Positions 37,628 through 51,062 are shown, numbered from the stretch's first letter. The stretch: DNA of 64,000 bases from Octopus sinensis (GCF_006345805.1 NC_042999.1:2232001-2296000); one strand, 5' to 3'. Made by a program: numbers and translations. Notes: generated by a model from the letters alone, not told the origin.

Positions 37628-38182
37628 ATGGCCGCAAGAAAGGAAAGGCACCCTGGAATTGATGGGAAGCAGGAGGTAAAGGGTGACAGAATCAAGGCTA
37701 AAGGAAGCCCTGTCCAGAGAAAGCAGAGGGACCCCAGCAAAAACTGTAAGGGCAGGGAAAGAAACACCTGCAAATTCTACCTGAGGGGGGACTGCTGGTA
37801 CGGCGTTGAAGGTGCAAACTGTCGCTTTGCACATCGGAGGCCCTACCAAAACCGCACGGACGCGAGACAGAGGTCCCTCCCTCAGGGAGAACAAAAACAA
37901 AAAGTTAAAAGAAGGGAAAAAAGCGCACTGACCACTACTGAAAGACGGTATGCAGATGTGGTGCGCGGAAACCCAACAGGTGGCCAGCTTCACCCAGATG
38001 TGAGAAGGGCGGCAGCTGAACAGCAGTCTTTTTTGTGCATGGCACAAAAAATTGTTCAGCAGCTGACCTGGCTACAAGCACAAAGCTGGAACTACCACCA
38101 CATAAGGCCACCTCCAACAGATGCAGGATGGCCACCACAGACACCAACACCAACACACACACCACAAAAATATTTCTACTGA
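37628..38182 (+). CDS. LINE ORF1 (likely C-terminal part): basic protein with a CCCH zinc finger
   Basis: [22 protein letters not shown] = C-x7-C-x8-C-x3-H; K/R-rich; RYADVVRG motif; lies directly upstream of ORF2. Confidence 0.75.
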   Translation: MAARKERHPGIDGKQEVKGDRIKAKGSPVQRKQRDPSKNCKGRERNTCKFYLRGDCWYGVEGANCRFAHRRPYQNRTDARQRSLPQGEQKQKVKRREKSALTTTERRYADVVRGNPTGGQLHPDVRRAAAEQQSFLCMAQKIVQQLTWLQAQSWNYHHIRPPPTDAGWPPQTPTPTHTPQKYFY

Positions 38183-41100
38183 ATGTAGGAGGGCTGCTGC
38201 GCGGAAACTGTAAAAAGAAAATTTCATTCCTGAGAGACATTGTGACATGCAATCAAGCTATATGCATGGCACTCACAGAAACGCATCTTGAACCCGATAT
38301 AGGTGATGCAGAAATACACATTCCGCAATATGCAGTCATACGCACAGATAGAAAAGGGAGGAGCCATGGTGGAGTTGCAATGTACATCCGAGATGACCTC
38401 ACGCCCCAGGTCCTGCTGTCATATTCAAACTCAGTATGTGAAACTCAAATTGTACACATAAGACAACTGAATATCGTCATATGCACTACATATCGCCCAC
38501 CAGACGCCCCAAAACACTCAGGCATGTTTGAAGACTGCCTAACAAAAATAGGAGAAGTCCTCACCAACCTTGAACAGCACAACAGTGTATTCTTCATGGG
38601 AGACTTTAACCTCCCCAATGTGGAATGGCCTGGGGGGCAGATGCTCCCAGGGATGACACACCATCAGCAGGCACAGGTGGAGTCCCTGCTCCATCTCACA
38701 AATACCTCTTTCATGGAGCAAATAGTTCTGCAACCAACAAGGGCAGATAATATACTGGATCTCTGCTTTACAAACAATATGGATATTATCCATAATGTTA
38801 ATGTGATGCCGACAATGATCTCGGATCACAACATAATAGAGCTGTCTATGTATGGAACAAAAGCCCCCGCAGACACACAGCCTATACGAAGCACCCACCA
38901 TCTCTCCAACTTAAACTTTCATAAAGCCAACTGGAAGTCGATTGAGAAAGAGATCCTCAAACAGGATTGGCCTGAATGTCTCTCCACACCGGACATAAAC
39001 ATGAAACACAAACACTTCATGTCCATAATACAAGCCATATGTGACAAATATGTCCCAATGTGCAGGGCCAGCACACACAAGAATAAAAACAGGATCCCTA
39101 GAGAAAGGAGGATTCTTATGAGACGACGGACAAGGATTGCAAACCGCCTGAGCAAGCACACCAAAAGTGGTGAGAAGTCTCGGCTCGAAAGAATGCTAAT
39201 GGAAACTGAGAAAAGTCTACATCAGTCCCATGAAAAGGAGAGAGCAGATAAAGAAGCTTGGGTAATAGAAAATATAAAATCAAACCCTAAAGCTTTCTTT
39301 AAGTTTGCCAAAGAGACAGCCACAGTGCACCAGAGAATAGGACCTCTCTTCCAAAAAGATGGCTCTCTCACAGGAAATCCCACGAGGATAAGTGAAATAC
39401 TGAACGAACAGTTCCAAAGTGTGTTCACTACACCTCTAGGACACAGGCAAGTAAACAACCCAGAAGAATTCTTTGCCACTTTACCAGCGGCCAAAGAGAC
39501 AAAAATTGAGTACATCAACATCGAAGAAGATGATATCACACTAGCCATTGATGAGATTGACACAAACTCAGCTGCTGGACCTGATGGATTCCCAGCGATC
39601 CTTCTCAAATCGTGCAAACGAGCCCTTGCAAAACCGCTACAGCTTCTTTTTCAGAGCTTTCTTGCAAGTGGTAAGCTCCCAGTCAAACTGAAAGAGGGGG
39701 TAATATGCCCTATCCATAAGGGAGGTAGCAGAGCAGATGCTAAAAATTATAGGCCTATCTCTCTGACCTCACACATCAGCAAAGTCATGGAACGAATAGT
39801 CCGTAAGAAACTAATCATGTTCCTTGAAGAAAATGACTTACTGTCTGACACCCAGCATGGATTTCGACCAGGTAGAGGCTGCCTAACACAGCTCCTGCAA
39901 CACTATGACTGGGTGTTGAAACAGCTACTAAATGGCTCAAATGTGGATGTAATATATCTTGACTTTGCAAAAGCCTTTGATAAAGTCGACCATGGTATGA
40001 TCTGTCACAAACTGCGTGGTCTCGGCATAGGCGGGAAACTTGGAGAGTGGCTGCACAACTTCCTAAAAGACAGAAAACAGGCAGTTGTGAGCAATGGAGC
40101 CACCTCCAGGGAAACGCAAATAACAAGCGGTGTCCCACAGGACACTGTCTTGGGGCCACTGATGTTCATAGTGGCCCTTTCAGACATGCCTTCAGTTGCT
40201 ACGATGACCACCCTTGCTAGCTATGCAGATGACACAAAGGTCTCCCACGCAATACAGAACCCTGAAAATATTGCGCATCTGCAACATGAGCTGGACACAA
40301 TATACAGGTGGGCTGAGGACAACAACATGCAGTTTAATGCAGGTAAGTTCCAGGCCCTGCGCTACTGGCACACAAAAGTAAATGACGTGAAGACTGGATA
40401 CACTGGCCCAGGAAGAATTGCAATCCCTGAGTCAAAATCAGTGCGTGACCTGGGCATTGACATGAGCAATGATGCATCTTTCCAAATGCATATTGCTAAT
40501 CTGGTGATAAAATGCAGACGGCTAGCTGGATGGATTCTCCGAACTTTCAGAACAAGAGAGAAGGAGACACTGATGGTCCTATGGAAAACATTTGTCCTCA
40601 GCCGCTTGGACTACTGCTCCCAACTTTGGTCACCACACAATATAAAACAAACAGCAGAACTTGAAGCAACTCAGAGAAGCTACACAAAGAAAATCGTCTC
40701 AATGCAAAATGTCAGCTACTGGGAAAGACTGAAGGTATTAAACCTCTTCTCCCTGGAGCGGAGGCGGGAGAGATATGCAGTAATATACATCTGGAAAATC
40801 CTGGAGGGTCTTATCCCAAACTTTGGCATTCAAAGTTACTCCAACCGCAGAACGGGGCGCCGCTGCGTGGTGCCAAGGATTCCAACATCACCATCAAAAT
40901 ACAGGTCCAGATACTGCAACAGCTTGGGTTTCAGAGGACCACAGCTTTTCAACATCCTCCCTAAATGCCTGAGAGACTTACATGGTGTGGATGTGGGTTT
41001 CTTTAAAACTAAACTGGATCTCTTCTTGTTGGGAGTCCAGATGAACCTACCTCACGACAGGAGACACGGATGCGGGCAGCAGCATCGAACTCCCTTGTTG

Positions 41101-41208
41101 ATCAAGTGCCACGTATCAGAGGTGGATTCACAAACTAGTGTGGCTCATTCAGCGGTGGTGCCCCAGCATGGCCGCGGCCTTCGGGCTAAAACATTTTTAA
41201 GGATTTAA
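38128..41208 (+). CDS. LINE ORF2: APE endonuclease + reverse transcriptase (no RNase H)
   Basis: EN motifs [28 protein letters not shown] motifs [42 protein letters not shown]1-like SLERRRERY. First in-frame ATG is 38128; the native stop is probably 41138 (see findings). Confidence 0.95.
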   Translation: MATTDTNTNTHTTKIFLLNVGGLLRGNCKKKISFLRDIVTCNQAICMALTETHLEPDIGDAEIHIPQYAVIRTDRKGRSHGGVAMYIRDDLTPQVLLSYSNSVCETQIVHIRQLNIVICTTYRPPDAPKHSGMFEDCLTKIGEVLTNLEQHNSVFFMGDFNLPNVEWPGGQMLPGMTHHQQAQVESLLHLTNTSFMEQIVLQPTRADNILDLCFTNNMDIIHNVNVMPTMISDHNIIELSMYGTKAPADTQPIRSTHHLSNLNFHKANWKSIEKEILKQDWPECLSTPDINMKHKHFMSIIQAICDKYVPMCRASTHKNKNRIPRERRILMRRRTRIANRLSKHTKSGEKSRLERMLMETEKSLHQSHEKERADKEAWVIENIKSNPKAFFKFAKETATVHQRIGPLFQKDGSLTGNPTRISEILNEQFQSVFTTPLGHRQVNNPEEFFATLPAAKETKIEYINIEEDDITLAIDEIDTNSAAGPDGFPAILLKSCKRALAKPLQLLFQSFLASGKLPVKLKEGVICPIHKGGSRADAKNYRPISLTSHISKVMERIVRKKLIMFLEENDLLSDTQHGFRPGRGCLTQLLQHYDWVLKQLLNGSNVDVIYLDFAKAFDKVDHGMICHKLRGLGIGGKLGEWLHNFLKDRKQAVVSNGATSRETQITSGVPQDTVLGPLMFIVALSDMPSVATMTTLASYADDTKVSHAIQNPENIAHLQHELDTIYRWAEDNNMQFNAGKFQALRYWHTKVNDVKTGYTGPGRIAIPESKSVRDLGIDMSNDASFQMHIANLVIKCRRLAGWILRTFRTREKETLMVLWKTFVLSRLDYCSQLWSPHNIKQTAELEATQRSYTKKIVSMQNVSYWERLKVLNLFSLERRRERYAVIYIWKILEGLIPNFGIQSYSNRRTGRRCVVPRIPTSPSKYRSRYCNSLGFRGPQLFNILPKCLRDLHGVDVGFFKTKLDLFLLGVQMNLPHDRRHGCGQQHRTPLLIKCHVSEVDSQTSVAHSAVVPQHGRGLRAKTFLRI

Positions 41209-41287
41209 GGATTTATATATATACATAATATATATATATTTATATATACATATATATATTTATACATACATACATATATATATATAG

Positions 41288-41357
<70 letters not shown>

Positions 41358-41498
41358 CCCACATGCACGCACACACAGAGAGAAACACACAGACACATAT
41401 ATATTCTTTAGAGTTTAAGCGAATTTATTTCCATTCTGATTTTTTGAAGGATGGGAAATTGTATTAACGTTATTTATAATAATAATAATAATAATAAT

Positions 41499-41529
<31 letters not shown>

Positions 41530-41934
41530 ATAATAATAATAATAATCGACTGATATATAAATAATACGATAGGTTGAAAAAGTGAGTGAAAGAACAAAAA
41601 TCTTGGAATGTGTAAAAGAGTCTTAAGAAAGGAGGGTCACCAATCAAGGAATTGTTGCTGAGGTTTTCTAAATACCAAAAGGAAAGTCCCCTTTCTCAAC
41701 TGTAGCACAGCATCAGAGAAAATACCTTCCGGTATTTGTTTGGTCACTTTATGCTCTTTGATCAAATCCCGCCGTAATTAACTTAGCCTTTCATCCTTTA
41801 AGGATCAATAAAATGAAGTACCTGTCAAGTACGAAGTTCGATATTATTGATTGAACCCTTCTTCTTTCAAAGGATAAAAACAAATTCTTCTTCAGAAAAA
41901 TATCTTTTATTTATGATCTAAAAGTTAGTTATTT

Positions 41935-41953
41935 AGTAGTAGTAGTAGTAGTA

Positions 41954-41987
<34 letters not shown>

Positions 41988-42073
41988 GGTGGTGGTGGTG
42001 GTGGTGGTGGTGGTAGAGGTGGTTGTGGTGGTGGTAGTAGTAGTAGCTGGAGTGGTGGTGGTGTTAGTAGTAA

Positions 42074-42111
<38 letters not shown>

Positions 42112-42114
42112 GTA
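41935..42114. repeat. (AGT)n/(GGT)n microsatellite
   Basis: Direct reading. Confidence 0.9.
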
Positions 42115-42757
42115 TGGGTGAATGCACTGTAACAGTGTGTCGCTAACATCCACCATTTGTTGGTGATTCCCTCCCCCTGGTGGTTGACACGTTTACACTG
42201 CTGAGGTGACAACCCTTCAATCTGTTTTGGATGGTCGTTACTGAGGAGGCTTTTACGAAGTCGAAACACAAATCTTACTTCAACCTCTTTTAGTAGCCTT
42301 TTACGACACACAGAGGAAATGTTGGATCTTTTTATTTCTTCTTCTGTTTTTTTTTACATGCTGATCCCCATATTGTCCTACATCAACGTGAAATGAACTG
42401 TTTTGCCGAAGAACACTACACACCACACAGTCCAAGAATCAAAACTATCACCTGACTATTGTTATGGTTTTGTGATCATCTCAGGCCCTAGGCAACAAGC
42501 CTTCACAATTTAGTAATAAGTGAATTTTAAATATTCACAAATCTCCATATATTTTCTTCAATAATCGTATATCTTCTTTACAATTATTTTCTCCCCAAAA
42601 CTGCTTCATTTGATACATTGGAACTTGTCTTGTCGCTTCTCATAAAAGTCGAACTCTATTGATTATTGTCTAATTTATTTCTCTGGTTTTACGATGACTG
42701 TTTAATTAAGGACGTTTGTCATTTTCTTTCTCCATAAGATTATCTCTCCTTGTCTGT

Positions 42758-42795
42758 TCTTTCTGTAGAAGAGTGTACACTCGAAACATAAAGGA
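42758..42795 (+). ncRNA. Minimal hammerhead-like motif, A6U variant (homolog of 15121)
   Basis: TCTTT CTGTAGA A GAGT GTAC ACTC GAAA CA TA AAGGA. Confidence 0.5.
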
Positions 42796-42902
42796 TTTTT
42801 TCAATTTTTCCGGAGCGTAAACCTAATATACACTGATTAATTGTTTTTTTACCTCATCTCCGTGTTTTTACTTTATTTTTGTCCCATATATACATACACA
42901 CA

Positions 42903-42945
<43 letters not shown>

Positions 42946-43048
42946 ATAATATGAGGGAAAATTAATCCAAACTTATAGGGAAAAATTCAATTTAGAAATA
43001 CTAAATCAAATTTCACAAAATATATATATAAATAAATAAATAAATAAA

Positions 43049-43092
<44 letters not shown>

Positions 43093-43234
43093 ATACACAC
43101 ACATACATACATACATATATCGAAAGGAGGACATGTTCTTGTTTGTCTCCTGTCCACGCTTGATTTATGCGTCCTGTTTGTGTTACCTATTTTGACCCTC
43201 CACAAAAATCCCAAATTTTATTTTATTTAATTTG

Positions 43235-43273
<39 letters not shown>

Positions 43274-43275
<2 letters not shown>

Positions 43276-43690
43276 GGTGCAACTGTGTAGTAAGCAGTTA
43301 AGAAGATTGTTTCCCAACAACATGGTTCCAGGTTCAGTCTCACTGCATAGCTACCTTGGGCAAGTGTATTCTGCTATAGCCTCAGGCCAACCAAAACATT
43401 GCAATTGGATTTGGTAGATGGAAACCGAAAAACGCCTGTCGTACATGTTCGCATGTGTGTGTGTGTGTCTTTGTTTGACCCCACCACCACTACTTGACTA
43501 CCGATGTTAGTTTGTTTACATCTCCATAACTTAGCAACTCAGCCAAAGTAACCGATAGAATGAGTACCAGACTTTAAAAGATAACAAGTACTGGGGTCGA
43601 TTCATTCAACTAAGAATTCTTGAAAGTGGTGCCCCAGCATGGCCGCAGTCAAATGACTGAAACAAGATAAACATAAAAATAAAAGATAAT
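43274..43690 (+). mobile_element. SINE family A, full length, diverged
   Basis: Head plus tail GGTGCCCCAGCATGGCCGCAGTCAAATGACTGAAAC. Confidence 0.85.
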
Positions 43691-43719
43691 ATTATGTATA
43701 TGTCTGTGTAGATATATAT

Positions 43720-43766
<47 letters not shown>

Positions 43767-43804
43767 TTATATATGTATATATATATATATATATGTGTGT
43801 ATAT

Positions 43805-43855
<51 letters not shown>

Positions 43856-45156
43856 TACATATATATATCGTGAAGTATATTTGCCACTTGAATGTGGCTA
43901 ACCCTTAAGAGTGGATGCTACTGTAGCTTGTAGCCCCAAGATGACACCTCCTGCAGCTTGCTATTGATACACAATATATACGTATGTATGTGTATATGTA
44001 TGTATGTACGTATGGTTGCATGCATGTATGTAGACATGTGTGTGTTTGTATCTACCTGAACTTCTTTAATCTAACCACAAGAAAGGAAAGGAATGGATTA
44101 CTTAACTAGTTTAATGTGACACAGAGTTGGGATTATTGTGTCGGAGTTAATTTACAAGCCCATGATACACTGCTTTAAAAAAATCGTTCTAATTAATTAA
44201 AGCCTGTGACTGTGAGAAGAGCGTGAAAATTATTGATAATTAATCTAATTAAAGTTAATTTTGAAAAATCACACATTAGATTTTAAATGTTTGATTCAGG
44301 GCAATGGTACGAGAATGTTGCAAGTGCCATGAAGAAAATTTGATTGATTCGTCAAAACAAAATAAAAAGGCTAACGATCAATATTATTCAGAGATCAGTG
44401 ATTGTCTCTGTCGGCGTTAGTCAGTGAAATAAAAGGAAAACAGTAAAATGAAAGACTGGAATTAGGAAAGAATGGCCTACGTCGGTAAAATTTAATCCAA
44501 TAAATCAAATCTTTTTCAAAGACTGGCCTACATAGAACACTACAATTCTCTTTTCACGTGACACATGGACACAATCAGCTTCTTTTTTTTTTTGTTTTAA
44601 TTCTTCTAAAACCTTTTAAGCAATTTAAGATATCTAAGTGTGTCGTGAGATTTATTTACTTTGGGAGTCGTCATTATAAAGACATGACATCTCGAGTCAA
44701 ATGCAAATATGCAAATATGCACAGCGGCTATGTGGTTAGCTACGAGTGTAAATCTCCGAACCAACAGATTATGTCCACTAACATCAAAACGGCTTTCAAG
44801 TTTGTCTTCTCACAACGTCTGGCAAACACAGTTGACCTATATTTCCTTATTGGTGATTGCAAGGAAATTGTATGTAAATGTTTTTGTCTCCAATACATAT
44901 ATATATATATATAAATAAAATACATGTGCATATAAATGTGCGTATATACGTATATAAACTATATACGTCCAACCCATGCTAGCATGGAAAACGGACGCTA
45001 AATGATGATGATGATGATATATATATATATATATAGTTTATATATGTATATACGCACATATATATGCACATGTATTTTATTTATTTATCTATATATATAT
45101 ATATATATATACATATAGTTTATATATGTATATACGCACATATATATGCACATGTA

Positions 45157-45196
<40 letters not shown>

Positions 45197-45200
<4 letters not shown>

Positions 45201-45462
45201 GGTGGTTGTCTACTCCTTATGCAGAGTCTGACCACCTCCTGTACCTACACCTTAGCACCATTATGGCATCTGATGTGGCTTTTTAAACCAAAAATTCTGA
45301 AAAGACACCCACATAGATTGTAAATCCGATTTGGACCACCAAAAGCTGCAGATATGTTCTGATCTTTGTGGATCTTAAAATGTCTTTTGAGGCCTCCGTT
45401 GGATTTGCAAACCTTCTGGCATACATTGCATTCAAAGGTGTGCAGAGATATATAGGCAGAAT
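45197..45462 (-). mobile_element. RTE-type LINE 3' end with two C2H2 fingers
   Basis: FECNVCQKVCKSNGGLKRHFKIH and LCGCLFRIFGLKSHIRCH; homologous to 5153-5425. Confidence 0.65.
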
Positions 45463-45503
<41 letters not shown>

Positions 45504-45537
45504 GATAGATAGATAGATAGATACATACATACATACA

Positions 45538-45573
<36 letters not shown>

Positions 45574-45575
45574 TA

Positions 45576-45617
<42 letters not shown>

Positions 45618-47124
45618 GAAATACCTTGTAATCAGCAGAAAAGAAATATAGGGTATTCATTTGCCAAACATTTGGCAAATATGTGTATGTGTGTGTGTGT
45701 GCATGCATATCTGTGTGTGTGTCATGATAGATCATTAGCCACTACACACATTTTTTTTCTCTCCTTGTTGTTTCTGTGTCCCTTTCTGTAGAAGCAAATT
45801 TGATTACATACAGGTTCCTTTGAAGAGATACGGTAGTGAAGATACCCTTGAGTTTTGAACCATTTCGCTTGGTTATTCAGTTAGGACTACAATCAAACTA
45901 TAATGCCATACAAAGCAAGAACAGCTTTGAGAATTTAACTGTGTCACTATAAAAGAATTTTGGCATTTACACGAACATGTTTTGACCAATCGAAGCAGAA
46001 GGCTCGAAGGCACGTTTTGTGAATGTTCCCGCCAAATCATTCAACCGAAATTTCAAGAACTTTTGACTGAATGTTTTAAAAAACTAGAATATTGAACTTC
46101 CAAAGGGAACAGCGTTGGGTGCTACACAGATCATTGTCGGTTAATTTTGTGATAAAGTATTCTCAATTTTTCTTCTTATACTGTCTTAAAGCGTCACGAA
46201 CGACTCCCCTGTCAATACCTAACATATTTTAAGCAATAAAGATTTTTTAACTATCACATCTGCTTTTTCATGGATGATGTTGAATTCAAATAACAGTTGT
46301 ACATATGTTTATGGAAATGATTTAGATAATAAAAAAATATATAAGCTTAGATAAATATTGATATGAACATTCTCAAATTCACACACACCGTACCTAATAC
46401 TCTGTACTACTAATGGCAAATTAATGACTAAGATCCACTTGAATGATGGCCCAAATCATAAAATTAGTGGCCTGAGCATGGAAGTTGCCTGTGTGCCAAT
46501 TTTGTTGATGAGGGCAGCTTTATTGATTTTAGAATAAGCAAATTCAGAATCGATAATTGATTACTTGTAAATTTGTAAATCTAACATATCTTGAATGTAG
46601 AAGATGATGTATGGGCTGCTGTCATTCAAATGGGCAATCAATGGAAGTAATGATATTTTCCGTATAGGGAAAGTCACGAGCGCTGATCCTCTTCTTCTTA
46701 GAATTTGAAGAAGAATATCAGAGCTAGTGACTTTTGCAGTCTAATTATGAGTTTAATTAACCAAAAACACCGTGGCATCCCGAAGATCACTTATGTCGGT
46801 GGATCGCATATATAACAAACATACATCCTCAAATTGGAGGTGGTGGCTCCGATGCCAAAAGACAACAGTGATGAGATATTCCCATCCGAGTCTGCCTGAA
46901 CGTATTGAGAAGGAATTGATACATTACTGTGGTGATTGTGTTCTCATCTCCTCATTGGCTAATGTTCTTGAAGACTGGATGTGAAACCATGTGGTTGCAA
47001 AGAGAATTTGTTAACTACACATCTAAGCCTGCATCAATTATGTGTGTGTGAGTGCGTGTGTTTATATATGCATGTATGTATGTATGTATATATATATATA
47101 TGTGTGTGTGTCAAGTGGTGGTGG

Positions 47125-47536
47125 GGGAACAAACACAGACACTCAAACACACACACACACACACACATACACACACACACACATATACGATAGGCTTTCA
47201 GTTTCCGGTTACCAAATCCACTTATAAGTGGTCCAAGACTATAATAGAAGAGACTTGCCCGAGGTGCCACACAGAAAGAGTGAACCTGGAACCATGTGGT
47301 TGGGAAGTAAGCTTCTTACCACACAGCCATGCCTGTGCCTATCGGCACGTAAAAAGCACCCACTTCACTCTCGGAGTGGTTGGCGTTAGGAAGGACATCC
47401 AGCTGTAGAAACACTGCCAGATCAGACTGGAGCCTGGTGCAGCCTCCATGGCTTACCAGACCCCAGTCAAACCGTCCAACCCATGCTAGCATGGAAAACG
47501 GACGCTAAACGATGATGATGATGATGATGATGATGA
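47125..47536. mobile_element. SINE A (minus, 47125-47340) back-to-back with SINE C (plus, 47343-47536)
   Basis: Family similarities. Confidence 0.8.
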
Positions 47537-48164
47537 CCTTTTATGTTGTATTATAATTACTATTTATTTACTACTAGCTTGAATTGAAACAAATTAAATC
47601 TAATAAACAGTTCAGTAATAACAATTATCCACTGACAAACCATTACTATTAGTATACTAACAAGTGGACATTATTTCGAGAAATTTGCTGGTCAAGACCA
47701 AGATTTTACCATTTCCTTGCATATTCTTGTATTCATGTCAAAAACAGAAAAAAAAAACAAAAAAAAAATCACGTGGTCTTATAGATTTTGCTCTCAACTT
47801 TACCTAGAGGAGTAAACTTGGGGTATCTTTGCAGCAGACTACAGACAGGTAAAAGATATCGGAAATTTGTTCAGTAACTGAAGTTACATTCAGTTTTGTC
47901 TAGAACTGATCAATAATGCAAAAATCGATGCTTCACAATAGCATCAGCCACTAAATCTGTGTACTTCTAATTCTTTTATTTCCAATAATTCACATGAGGA
48001 ATGTTAGGTTTTGACAAACATCTTCTCCGAATTTGTAAGAAACTTCAGCAAAATGTGTAAACTTTTAATGAAAATGGAACAATTTTCTGTATTTGGCTGC
48101 TTCCGAAGAAACATAACAATTCTTATTCTTTTCTTTCAATACGCCTAGAAATTTTTATGGCTGT

Positions 48165-49470
48165 GCATAGGTGCAAATATGGCTGCTTGTTAATGAAGCT
48201 TGCTTTACAACCAAGTGAATTTGAGTTCAATCTTACAGCGTGGCATTTTGAGTAAATATCTTCTACAAAACCCCTGGAGCAACAAATACTTTGTAAGTGA
48301 TTTTGGTAGACGGAACTTTGTGCATACATACATTTTATACACACACACAGACACATATATATATATATCATGGGTGGAGGCGCACTGGTCCAGTGGTTAG
48401 GGCAGTGGACTCGTGGTCATAGGATCGTGGTTTCGATTCCCAGTCAGGGCATTGTGAGTGTTTATCGAGGGAAAACACCTGAAGATCCATGAGGCTCCGG
48501 CAGGGATGTGGTGAATCCTGCTGTACTCTTTCACTACAACTTTCTCTCACTCTTTCTTCCTGTTTCTGTTGTATCTGTATTTCAAAGGGCCAGCCTTGTC
48601 ACACTCTGTGTCACACTGAATCTTCCTGAGAACTACATTAATGGTACATGTGTCTGTGGAGTGCTCAGCCACTTGCACATTAATGAATGAGCTGCGACGT
48701 CACAGGTGCCAAGCTGTATCGGCCTTTGCCTTTCCCTTGGATAACATCTGTGATGTGGAGAGGGGAGGTTGGTATTCCATAAACAATCTTGCCCAGACTT
48801 GTGCCTCAGAGGGTAATTTTCTAGGTGCAATCCTATGGTCATTCATGACCGAAGGAGGTCACAACACGCCAATATCATAGACTCTCCAGTCATTAGACGA
48901 CACATGAGTGCTCTTCGACAATTTCTTACTGAACAACCACACAAATGATTTGTATATAGTGATCAAATGTTAGTGATCACATAAGTTCATTCCCTCCATC
49001 AAATCGATATTACTTGTACAGGTGCACCATGTGCCACCTGTCAGATGATGAAATGATTGCAGAGCAGCATGAAGTGAAGTGCTTTGCTCAAGAGCACAAC
49101 ACAGCGCCCGGTCTGGGTTTCGAAACTACGATCTCACAATTGTGAGTACAACACCCTAACCACTAGGCCACGTGCCTTTGTATGTACACTATATGTATGT
49201 GGGTATGTATATGTATATATAGATATATGCTATGCATGTATGTGTGTATGTATGCATGTGCCTATGTTTGTGTTTGTTCTTATCTCTACTTGACAACCAG
49301 TGTGGGCTTGTTTACGTTCCAATAACTTAGTAGTTTGGCATAAGAAACCAATAGAATAAATACCACAATTTTTAAAATGTAATTTGGTCGATTTATTAAA
49401 CAAAACCCTTCAATGCAGTGCTCCAGCATGGCTGGTGTTCAATAGCTGAAAACAATAAAGATAAAAGATA
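48165..49470. mobile_element. Nested SINEs: family A pieces (48165-48320, 49290-49470), family E (48375-48860, plus), family D head (49060-49178, minus)
   Basis: Family similarities. Confidence 0.7.
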
Positions 49471-50203
49471 GAAACAGACAAGATGTATATCGGGGCTAAA
49501 TTTTTCATAATACCAGCTTGCTTTCGGTTACCAAGCCAAAGTATAATTTCTGGTTTATTACATATTGAACCTTACATATCTTGAGATTATTTCCTCTCTC
49601 AATGGTTCTTGTAAAAACTGTCAATTTTTGATAAATAGATCCCAACTAAGTTTGCAATAAATTTCAATAGGCCGCTTATCCATTTATTATGAAATAAAAT
49701 TGTCATTCAACAGTTTCCAGGGAATAATTCTTTGGTATATATATTTTTTTTTGGTTTTTAGTTCTATGAGAACATCGAGGTAAAAATAATGCCTAGAATT
49801 TATATCCTGCAAATTCCCAAATCGATTATGTGTCTTTGGGCAACATACTAAAGACCTCTTCATTCATTTTTATCTAACATGGAGAAATATTTATACAGCC
49901 TATCAATCTAACGCCTGTATGTTTTATATTGTTTCATCCTCAGATTTTAACAAATATATTTTCTTTGACGTTTTGCAGAAGCTTTAAATATATTTGTAAT
50001 AATCCCTTTTCATTTTTTTTATGGAAACGGTCAATGTTTTGGTATATATGAATAAACATAAAATTATATCTCCCTGTGTATATATAAATAGAGTAGAAAT
50101 ATTCCTTGAGACGTTTTAGTTTTGATTCAGGTCCTGTTCTTTCTGAGTTCATATTCCACTTTTCTCCAGGGCAAAATCTACAAGAGACATGCTATGTTAA
50201 AAA

Positions 50204-50592
50204 TTGAGAATTCATGGAAGAATTTTCGCTTGTCTCTGCGGCCCCTTCCGTCTGTCCTTCTGCAACGGCGCTTGCAGTGGTTTGGCCATGCATGTAGGCA
50301 TCCGATGGGTGAGCTGAGCCGTGATGTCCTTCTCCCAACTCCACTTCCCAACTGGCGGAAATGCACGGGCGGGCAGCTGAAGACCTGGGTTACGACAATC
50401 ACGGAGGACCTCTCTGTGCTCACAGGACCACAGGTGGTCGGCCTGCGCCAATGGAACTGTTACTGGCTCGCTATCTCCAGTGAACTGGCGCAGGACCGTC
50501 GTGCGTGAGCTGCCATGGTTCGAAATGCATCGAGGGCGGTAGAAGAAGCTGACTCAACCCACCCGGGGTGAATGTCGTCACAAGTACAAGTA
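50204..50592 (+). pseudogene. 5'-truncated RTE-clade LINE with TSD
   Basis: RRLQWFGHACR...GGQLKTW...LAQDRRA; (CAAGTA)2 tail; 12-bp TSD CTATGTTAAAAA at 50192 and 50593. Confidence 0.9.
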
Positions 50593-50729
50593 CTATGTTA
50601 AAAACAATATATATCGGAAGGAGATGAAAATTCATACTGACAGCGGCAGCAATTGCTGTAGTGAGGCTTTCTTGAGAATTCTCTAGATGAAATTTGTTAC
50701 CTTCGACAAAAACTGCAGCTTCTTGCCTG

Positions 50730-51062
50730 TCAAAGGTGTACTGGAATTCTGTCGGTTACCATTACAAGGGTTCCAGTTAACACAATCAACTGAACAGCCT
50801 GCTCGTGAAATTAACATGCAAGTGGCTGAGTACTCCACAGACACATGCATCTTTAATGTAGTTTTCAAGGAGGTCCAGTGCAACACAGAGTGTGACAAGG
50901 CTGGCCCCTTTGAATTACAAGTACAACTCATTTTTGCCAGCTGAGTGAACTGGAGCAATGTGAAATAAAGTGACTTGCTCAAGGACAAAATGCAACACCG
51001 GGAATTGAACTCATGATCTTAAGATCGTAAGCCAAATACCCTAACCACTAAGCCATGCAGCT
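50730..51062 (-). mobile_element. tRNA-derived SINE (D-type head, body shared with 48580-48685)
   Basis: TGGCTTAGTGGTTAGGG head on the minus strand. Confidence 0.75.

Larger units (their letters stand above)
37620..41215 (+). mobile_element. Near-intact CR1-group non-LTR retrotransposon inserted in (TA)n, probably 5'-truncated
   Basis: Two overlapping ORFs, short structured 3' UTR, (TTTAAGGA)2 tail, (TA)n on both flanks. Confidence 0.92.

Noticed and set aside
37619-40211. Antisense ORFs within the LINE
   Set aside because: Shadow frames of a GC-balanced coding sequence with no motifs.
45245-45562. Host C2H2 zinc-finger gene exon
   Set aside because: A second frameshifted copy with the same ends and a repeat tail indicates a retroelement 3' end.
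45800-46980. Unique-looking blocks (also 1440-1960, 9290-9680, 13860-14850, 28680-30560, 47540-48150) as exons or transposase relics
   Set aside because: No long ORF, recognisable motif or convincing splice pair; left unannotated.
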